Origin: an uncultured Alphaproteobacteria bacterium
GTDB lineage: Bacteria > Pseudomonadota > Alphaproteobacteria > ATCC43930 > CGMCC-115725
DNA: 40,000 nt
Reading direction: 5' to 3'
Assembly (NCBI GenBank): GCA_963703745.1
Contig: CAVPFL010000002.1
Span: 515,637-555,636 of the forward strand
The notes below the pieces were generated by a model. The model ran no database searches and had not been told where the DNA came from. It saw nothing but the letters and a program-made list of their open reading frames with translations. A program made the position numbers and the translations under genes. Shown piece by piece: positions 33,935 through 40,000 of this stretch. How positions within the stretch are numbered: position 1 is the first letter of the stretch; each line of letters begins with the position of its first letter.

Positions 33935-35095
33935 TCACAGCCCTCGCACAACCTCGGCGAGCCGTTCATAATCTTCGATCTCGTTGTAAGCATGCGCGGA
34001 GATTCGCAGCCAGATTCCGCCATTGATGGCGTGCAGCGGCGCATCGGCGCGCCGATCGAGTAATCGCTCGCGCAGCTCCGCCGCGCGCTCGGGTGTCGCG
34101 GGGCCGGTATGCGGAACCCGAACCACCCCCATGGAGGCAGCCACGGCATCTTCCGCCCCTGGTTCGGTATTGAGCTCGCGACAGAGCAGCGAAACCGCAT
34201 CGGCGGCGAGTGCGGCATTGCGCGCCAACAGCGCCTGGCCGCCAAGGCGTCGATGAAAGTCGATCGCGGCCTCCACGCACAGAAATGCACTGCGGTCGGC
34301 GGTCCCGGTCCACTCGAACTCGGCGAGAAAGCCTTTACCAAACCCGTGCGAAATCGTCACCGGGTGTAAATCGGCTTGTTGCTCGGGCGCTGCCCAGAGA
34401 AAAGCGCAGCCTTTCGGCGCGCACAACCATTTGTGACAATTGCCGACATACCAGTCGGCCCCGATCGCGCCGAGATCGAGCGATATCTGACCGGGGGCAT
34501 GCGCCCCATCGACCAGCACCGGCACGCCCGCCGAATGGCACAGCTCGACAATCTCGGCTATCGGCAAAACCAGCGCGCTCGGCGAGGTGATGTGATCGAC
34601 GACCGCGATCCGCGTGCGTGGGGTCAACGCCGCGCCGATGCCGGCAATGATCGCCGCCGACTGTGGGCGAGGAAACGGGATCGCTGCTTCGGTGATGTGC
34701 GCCGCTGCGCGCCCCGCAACGTACCGAATTGCATTGCGCACTGCCGGGTAGCCGTGCGAAAGCACCAGCACCTCGTCGCCCGCGTCCAGCCGCAGTGAAC
34801 GCAGCACGGCGTTGCAGCCAACGGTGGCATTTTCGACAAAGGCTATGTCTTTTCCATCGGCGCCCACGAAGGCTCCGAGTTTCTCCGCTGCTGCCCGCAG
34901 AGATTCAGGCAGCACGCGAAACACGAACCCGCTCGGTTCCGCCTCCATGCGCTGGCGCCAATCCTGCTGCGCCTGCAACACGGCTCGCGGCGCCGCGCCG
35001 AACGAGCCATGATTGACGTGCAGCCAGCTCCAATCCAGCCCCCATTCGTCACGGACGGCTCTGCCTAGAGCGGGCATGGTCATGGCGTGCTCCAT
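33935..35095 (-). CDS. Class V aminotransferase-fold PLP-dependent enzyme (isopenicillin-N-epimerase / cysteine desulfurase-like)
   Basis: LHVNHGSFGAAP, VDGAHAPGQ and GNCHKWLCAPKGCAFLW (PLP-binding Lys). The start could be 35083. Confidence 0.85.
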   Translation of the reverse strand: MEHAMTMPALGRAVRDEWGLDWSWLHVNHGSFGAAPRAVLQAQQDWRQRMEAEPSGFVFRVLPESLRAAAEKLGAFVGADGKDIAFVENATVGCNAVLRSLRLDAGDEVLVLSHGYPAVRNAIRYVAGRAAAHITEAAIPFPRPQSAAIIAGIGAALTPRTRIAVVDHITSPSALVLPIAEIVELCHSAGVPVLVDGAHAPGQISLDLGAIGADWYVGNCHKWLCAPKGCAFLWAAPEQQADLHPVTISHGFGKGFLAEFEWTGTADRSAFLCVEAAIDFHRRLGGQALLARNAALAADAVSLLCRELNTEPGAEDAVAASMGVVRVPHTGPATPERAAELRERLLDRRADAPLHAINGGIWLRISAHAYNEIEDYERLAEVVRGL

Positions 35096-35582
35096 TCGTT
35101 CTACGTTAGGGTCATCGATGACCTATGGCATATCGGTGCAATAGTCCAAAAAAGTTCTCGACGTCCGCCGCCTCGGCGCGGGTGTCGCTGATCATGCGAC
35201 GAGCGCGGTACGCGGTGCGGCTGTTGAAGGCGGATAGGGTCCCGGAGGTGGCAGCGGTGCCGGACGATCCGGAGTTGACGGCGCGGCGGCTAGACATCGT
35301 TTCACATCCCCTAACGCCGGGCTTTGACCAGATTCCCAGCAGTGATGCGGCGTCCCGCAAACTCTGTAACTTATCACCACCATAGAGAAAGAGACTCGCA
35401 GTAGAGTGACACTATCCTGTCGAGTTCAACTTGCCGAACGCTTTTAGTATTTGGGGACGGTGTTTATGTCGCCCAGGGCTAGGCGCCCTTGACGAAAAGG
35501 TGCAATATCCGGGCATGGCAACCGACGCTATCCCCTCAAGAGGCCCTTGCCGCATTCATAACCTCTGGAAGAGAGACCTGCC

Positions 35583-36374
35583 ATGCCGAATGATCCCTTC
35601 GTCGACATCGGCGCACTGCCCTTGCTCGGTCCAGTGCACTATCTCGATGCACGTGATCGGGCGATGTTTGACGCGGGCCATGCGCCCGGTGCCGTGCGGG
35701 TGCCAGTCGAGGAATGGGACGCAGCGGCCAAGGCGGCCGACACCGGATTCACTAAGACGGCTTACTGGGATGATGCTTTGGGTTCACTCGGTGTCGATCG
35801 TTCGGCGATTGCCATAGCCTACGATGACGGCCGCATGACAAATGCGGCGCGGGTCTGGTTCATCTTGCAGTATTTTGGCATCAAGGCCGGCATCCTGAAT
35901 GGTGGCTGGTCTGTACTATCCTCGGCGGTCGGACTGCCGACAGCTGCTAAGCCTTCGAAAAGCGGTTTCCGAGCTGTCCCAGGGGCAGGGTCCGTTGGTT
36001 TGGTCGATCGGGAGACCCTCAAGCGTCAACTTAACAGCGACGGGCATGTGTTTGACACCCGTACGCGCGCAGAGTTCACTGGGGAGGACATGCGCAACCG
36101 TACCCGCAGCGGGCATCTCCCAGGTGCCCGGCATCTGTCGCATACCGATCTGCTGGACAATGGTGTTGTCCGTCCGGCACCGGCTCTACGAGCCATGCTG
36201 GAGCGTGTGGGATTCGGCCCAGGCGACCACATCGTGACCCATTGCGAAGGGGGCGGGAGGGCGGCGCTGGCCGCAGCCGCGGCGGTGCGCGCCGGGTTTG
36301 ACGACGTCCGGGTATACTACCTTAGCTTCGCGGATTGGGCGCGTGATGAGAGCTGCCCGATCGTGCGCGATTAG
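35583..36374 (+). CDS. Rhodanese-type sulfurtransferase (two rhodanese domains)
   Basis: YLDARDRAMFDAGHAPGAVRV in domain 1. GHLPGARHL and the active-site loop HCEGGGRAA in domain 2. Confidence 0.85.
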   Translation: MPNDPFVDIGALPLLGPVHYLDARDRAMFDAGHAPGAVRVPVEEWDAAAKAADTGFTKTAYWDDALGSLGVDRSAIAIAYDDGRMTNAARVWFILQYFGIKAGILNGGWSVLSSAVGLPTAAKPSKSGFRAVPGAGSVGLVDRETLKRQLNSDGHVFDTRTRAEFTGEDMRNRTRSGHLPGARHLSHTDLLDNGVVRPAPALRAMLERVGFGPGDHIVTHCEGGGRAALAAAAAVRAGFDDVRVYYLSFADWARDESCPIVRD

Positions 36375-36741
36375 GCGAGCCGAAAGATCCCTGGGAGGAC
36401 GGCCGAAGCCGCTCCTACCCGGAGAAGTTCCCGCGCTGTCGGCTACGAGCCTTTTTGCACCCCGAAACACGCCATCTGATGCGACGACTTGCCCGACGGC
36501 CTCCGCACGCACCACCGCTGCGGCGTCGGATTTCGTGTGCCTCGGGGTCGAGCACCCCCGGAGCATCCGGTGATAAAGTTCGACTTCCGACGGGTCCTTG
36601 TAGACCCGTAATTTGAGAGGCAGACAGAACGCGGCAGGTACTTGGTGCTGTCGAGCAGCGGATTGACAACGTTCTCGCAGTCGGCGGCGATACCGTATCC
36701 GGGGCACTGAGGGCCGGAGGTGGATACCTACTCGATCATAT

Positions 36742-36817
36742 TGGCGTCCCCAAGGGGATTCGAACCCCTGTTACCGCCGTGAAAGGGCGATGTCCTAGGC
36801 CTCTAGACGATGGGGAC
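36742..36817 (-). tRNA. tRNA-Glu (anticodon UUC), CCA encoded
   Basis: The reverse complement reads GTCCCCATCGTCTAGAGGCCTAGGACATCGCCCTTTCACGGCGGTAACAGGGGTTCGAATCCCCTTGGGGACGCCA (76 nt). It closely resembles canonical bacterial tRNA-Glu, with anticodon loop CTTTCAC. Confidence 0.95.
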
Positions 36818-36896
36818 GCAGCGCTGGGCCAAAGGATCTAGAGTGGCGGACGGAATAAATCAACGGGTGTGTGCCCGGTCGCGAGGCATGGGGCCG

Positions 36897-37106
36897 CTAT
36901 GAGCGGTGGCGATTCCGCCAGCGAAGCGATCTCGTGGCGGCGCCGTCGCAGGACACGCGAAGCCCGATGATCCGCGACAGGATTGGTGGCCGCGAGCTTT
37001 CCACAACGACATCCGAGACGCGACTGTGATCGAACGCGCCACAGCGGCGCAGCGCTTCAGTCAAATAATCGGCCTCGGCGGCCCTGGGCCAGGATTCCGA
37101 TGTCAT
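36897..37106 (-). pseudogene. Possible N-terminal fragment of a phosphotransferase (APH/choline-kinase-like) gene
   Basis: AEADYLTEALRRCGAFDHSRVSDVVVESSRPPILSRIIGLRVSCDG resembles the N-terminus of such kinases. The ORF stops after 69 aa, next to the tRNA. Weak call. Confidence 0.3.
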
Positions 37107-38062
37107 TCGGCTGCCATGCGCTTACTCGGCTTTGGCCAGCGCATTGCGACGAGCGGCAGGACCTCCTCGATCAGCCGCCGCGTCTGCCCCAGCGTCTCCT
37201 CATCGCCGCGGGCCGCCGGGCGCAGGATGAATTTGGAGATCCCGGCATCGACATAGGCGGCGATCCGCTCGACGATCGCGCTTGCATCGCCGATCGCAAA
37301 ATAATGCAGCGGGTCGCGTCCGGTACGCTTGCGGTAAGCTTCAAACAGGCGGGCGAGACCGGGCTCGTCGGTCCGACCGAAGCGGAACGGGATGCCGGCC
37401 CCGTAATGGTCGTCGTCGATCGCGCGTCCTTGGGCGGCGGCTGCCTCACGGATGGCGGCGACGATCGGTGCGAGCTGCACGGGAGCCTCGGCGCCCGCCT
37501 GCCAGCCGGTGCCGAAACGCGCGGTGCGCCGGATCGCCCCCTCGGACGAGCCGCCGATCCACATTGGCAGATCGGGCTGCACCGGCTTTGGCGCGATCGA
37601 GGCGCCGGTCAGATGATAGTGGACGCCCTCGAAATCGACCTCGTCCTCGCGCCATAGCCGGCGGATAATTTCGAGCCCTTCGTCGGTCTTGCGGCCGCGC
37701 GTCTTGGTGTCGAGATTCAATGTCTGCCATTCGGGCGCCAGCGGGCTGCCGATGCCGAAAGCCGGTAACAGGCGCCCTTCGGACAACACGTCGATCGTCG
37801 CACATTGCTTCGCCAGCAACACCGGATCGCGGAACGCCAGCGACAACACATTGACACCGAATTTGAGCCGGCGCGTCCGGCCGGCGAGTGCCGCCATCAT
37901 GCTCATGCATTCGAGGATCGGCTCGCGGCTGATCATCCGGTCCGTCTGCCATAGCGAATCGATGCCCCCCGCCTCGCACAGATCGACCCAGCGCCAGAAA
38001 CCGGCGGCTCCGGCGAACGGAAACTCCATCAGGCCCAGCCCGATCGCGACATTCCTCGGCAT
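37103..38062 (-). CDS. LLM-class flavin/F420-dependent oxidoreductase
   Basis: MPRNVAIGLGLMEFPF...GIDSLWQTDRM...ATIDVLSEGRLLPAFGIGS...WIGGSS. Confidence 0.85.
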   Translation of the reverse strand: MPRNVAIGLGLMEFPFAGAAGFWRWVDLCEAGGIDSLWQTDRMISREPILECMSMMAALAGRTRRLKFGVNVLSLAFRDPVLLAKQCATIDVLSEGRLLPAFGIGSPLAPEWQTLNLDTKTRGRKTDEGLEIIRRLWREDEVDFEGVHYHLTGASIAPKPVQPDLPMWIGGSSEGAIRRTARFGTGWQAGAEAPVQLAPIVAAIREAAAAQGRAIDDDHYGAGIPFRFGRTDEPGLARLFEAYRKRTGRDPLHYFAIGDASAIVERIAAYVDAGISKFILRPAARGDEETLGQTRRLIEEVLPLVAMRWPKPSKRMAAE

Positions 38063-38183
38063 CCAACCCTCCTCGTCGGTATCATGCAGGTTAGCGCACC
38101 GACGTTCAGGATGTGAGTCTTGCATCGGGCGGGCGGGTTATGGCCCGATCGCGGCGGTAGAAGCGGAGTAGGGGAGGGGGTCG

Positions 38184-39224
38184 ATGCGGGTATTCGCGAC
38201 ACTTCCGCAGGAGGATCTGCGCAGGGTCGGGACGGTGGCCCGGGCAGTCGAGGCGGATGGCTACGACGGCGTCGTCGCTATGGAGAACAAGCACGATCCG
38301 TTTTTGGCATTAGCGGTAGCCGGGCCGGCGACCGAGCGGATCGAATTGCACACCGGCGTCGCGATCGCCTTCGCGCGCACACCGATGGCGGTCGCCAATG
38401 TCGGCTGGGACCTGGCCGGGTCGACCGGGGGGAGGTTTGTGATCGGCCTCGGCTCGCAGGTCAGAGCGCACAACGAGCGGCGCTTCTCGGTGCCGTGGAC
38501 GCCGCCGGCGCCGCGCATGCGCGAATATGTGCAGGTGCTACGCGCGATTTGGCGGTGCTGGAAGACCGGCGAAAAGCCGGCCTTCGAAGGACAGCATTAC
38601 CGCTTCACATTGATGACACCCAACTTCGCGCCCGAGCCGATCGACGCCCCGCCGCCGGCCGTCATGATCGCCGCGGTCGGTCCGGCGATGCTCAGGGTCG
38701 CAGCCGAAGAGTGCGACGGCGTTAAATTACACGGTTTCTGCACGCGCAGATATCTGACCGACGAGATCATGCCGCGCATCGCGGCCGGTCTCGCCAAGGC
38801 GGGCCGCAGGCGGGCGCAGTACGAGATTTCAGGCGGCGGCTTTCTCGCGACCGGACTGGATGACGAGGCGGTTGCGCGCCGCTTCGAATGGGTGCGCCAG
38901 CGTGTCGCCTTCTATGGATCGACACCGGCCTATTACCCGGTGCTCGCCGTCCATGGCCTGGAGGATCTCGGCCACAAGCTCAACGCCCTGACCCGGCAGG
39001 GGCGATGGAGCGAGATGGCGAGGGAGGTGCCGGATGATGCCGCCCATCTCTTCGCCGCGGTCGGCCGACACGATCAGATCGTCGCGGCAATCGACCGACG
39101 CTTCGGCGGTCTCGTCGACGCGCTGACCCTGCGCGGGGACGGCGCCGGCGAGATGCCGCCCGACCTCGTCCAAGATATCCGTCGCCTGCCGCACGCTTTC
39201 CAAGGTTTCGCACGGCAAGATTGA
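38184..39224 (+). CDS. LLM-class flavin/F420-dependent oxidoreductase
   Basis: EADGYDGVVAMENKHDPFLALAVAG...WDLAGSTGGRFVIGLGSQVRAHNERRFSVPW. Transcribed divergently from 37103-38062. Confidence 0.85.
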   Translation: MRVFATLPQEDLRRVGTVARAVEADGYDGVVAMENKHDPFLALAVAGPATERIELHTGVAIAFARTPMAVANVGWDLAGSTGGRFVIGLGSQVRAHNERRFSVPWTPPAPRMREYVQVLRAIWRCWKTGEKPAFEGQHYRFTLMTPNFAPEPIDAPPPAVMIAAVGPAMLRVAAEECDGVKLHGFCTRRYLTDEIMPRIAAGLAKAGRRRAQYEISGGGFLATGLDDEAVARRFEWVRQRVAFYGSTPAYYPVLAVHGLEDLGHKLNALTRQGRWSEMAREVPDDAAHLFAAVGRHDQIVAAIDRRFGGLVDALTLRGDGAGEMPPDLVQDIRRLPHAFQGFARQD

Positions 39225-39339
39225 GCAGCGGTGGGATCAGCTAAACATTTGTATCGAACCATCGAGTAAAGTCCAACCGTTTGACCATCCCAACCGTCCT
39301 TTGCTATAGGAGCGCGCCGGTCGAGGAAGGGTGATTGTG

Positions 39340-39699
39340 ATGTCGCTGCGAGACAAATACCTCAGCATCCTGTCCCAGATCGCACCTACCGGGGCCGCTG
39401 GCATCGCGCTGTTGCTTGGCTCGACGATGCCGAGCAACGCTGCCCAGCATTCGGCAAGCGCCGAGCCCTTGGCCGCAAACCCAGCCGGTGTCGGCGAACG
39501 GCTCGCTGCCATTCGCGAGGCGGTCTCCGAGTTTGCTAAAGGGGATAGCGGGGCGGCGCGATCGGAAGACGGCGAACTTCATCTCGCGTGGGGCAACTGG
39601 TGGCGCAATTGGGGCTGGGGTCGCCGGGGCTGGGGTTGGCCCAACTGGAACAATTGGCGCAATTGGCATCCTTGGAACAATTTTTGGCGTAATTGGTGA
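39340..39699 (+). CDS. grrA: GrrA/OscA-type Trp-rich RiPP precursor peptide (cyclophane or triceptide class)
   Basis: 119 aa. It has an N-terminal hydrophobic leader and the C-terminal core WGNWWRNWGWGRRGWGWPNWNNWRNWHPWNNFWRNW, with repeated W-x-N triplets. A radical SAM gene starts 20 nt downstream. GGAAGGG Shine-Dalgarno-like sequence lies upstream. Confidence 0.75.
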   Translation: MSLRDKYLSILSQIAPTGAAGIALLLGSTMPSNAAQHSASAEPLAANPAGVGERLAAIREAVSEFAKGDSGAARSEDGELHLAWGNWWRNWGWGRRGWGWPNWNNWRNWHPWNNFWRNW

Positions 39700-39718
39700 T
39701 TGGCCTGCGCTGGATCGC

Positions 39719-40000
39719 ATGGCGAGCGGCCCCGTGCCGAGAATAGAGCTGCTGGTCGTCCAGCCCACCCCGTTCTGCAACATTGATTGCCGTTACTGTT
39801 ACCTTCCGGATCGGAACTCGAAGTCAGTCGTCGCGCGACAAACACTGCACAATCTCTTTTCTCAGGTTTTCGCCTCAGGCTGGGTCGGCGATTATCTTTC
39901 GGTCGTCTGGCATGCCGGCGAGCCTATGGTTCTGCCGATCGACTTCTATCGCGATGCGTTCCGGATGATCGATCTCCTCAAGCCCGCGGACGTCGTAGTG
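39719..40000 (+). CDS. grrM: Radical SAM (probably SPASM-domain) peptide maturase, N-terminal part; runs off the right edge
   Basis: Hand translation: MASGPVPRIELLVVQPTPFCNIDCRYCYLPDRNSK...VVWHAGEPMVLP. It has the CxxxCxxC radical SAM cluster motif. The ORF is absent from the track because the window truncates it. Confidence 0.8.
   Translation, partial: MASGPVPRIELLVVQPTPFCNIDCRYCYLPDRNSKSVVARQTLHNLFSQVFASGWVGDYLSVVWHAGEPMVLPIDFYRDAFRMIDLLKPADVVV

Noticed and set aside
35112-35360. Small minus-strand ORF (61-82 aa) just upstream of the class V aminotransferase, considered as a possible precursor peptide or leader
   Set aside because: No recognisable motif, poor start context and Ser/Arg/Ala-rich composition. 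There is no supporting modifying enzyme beyond the aminotransferase, so it is not supportable from sequence alone.
36186-36707. 173-aa minus-strand ORF between the rhodanese gene and tRNA-Glu, considered as a possible integrase remnant next to the tRNA
   Set aside because: It overlaps the 3-prime end of the well-supported rhodanese gene in antisense and shows no recombinase motifs. I also found no repeat of the tRNA 3-prime end elsewhere in the window that would mark an island boundary.

Overview
High-GC, probably alphaproteobacterial, chromosomal window of accessory redox and catabolic genes: LLM-class oxidoreductases, amidohydrolase-2 enzymes, TauD, HpcH aldolase, lactonase, nitroreductase, rhodanese and a 2-oxoacid dehydrogenase E1 alpha/beta pair. 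The main feature is a ~13.5 kb self-synthesizing transposon of the casposon type at 5991-19526. It carries a co-directional operon ending in a protein-primed family B DNA polymerase, an HNH endonuclease and a Cas1-type integrase (casposase). There is no cas2 and no CRISPR array. It sits inside an LLM oxidoreductase gene, flanked by a 14-bp direct repeat (GTGAGCCACAAGGG). Deleting the element and one repeat copy in silico restores an uninterrupted 325-codon ORF. Its terminal inverted repeats are very long (about 1.13 and 1.46 kb) and consist of nested tandem arrays with 43-, 55- and 80-bp units. Copy numbers differ between the two arms. The element also carries a divergent XRE-repressor switch, a chain of translationally coupled small ORFs, and a perfect 46-bp in-frame palindrome inside cas1. 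Elsewhere the window contains two tandem response regulators with near-identical receiver domains but different outputs, and a decay zone (21.5-28.8 kb) with an IS1182-family IS, damaged toxin-antitoxin modules and several frameshifted genes. It also holds tRNA-Glu(UUC) and, at the right edge, a Trp-rich GrrA/OscA-type RiPP precursor followed by a truncated radical SAM maturase gene. All family assignments rest on motifs read by eye; no searches were run.
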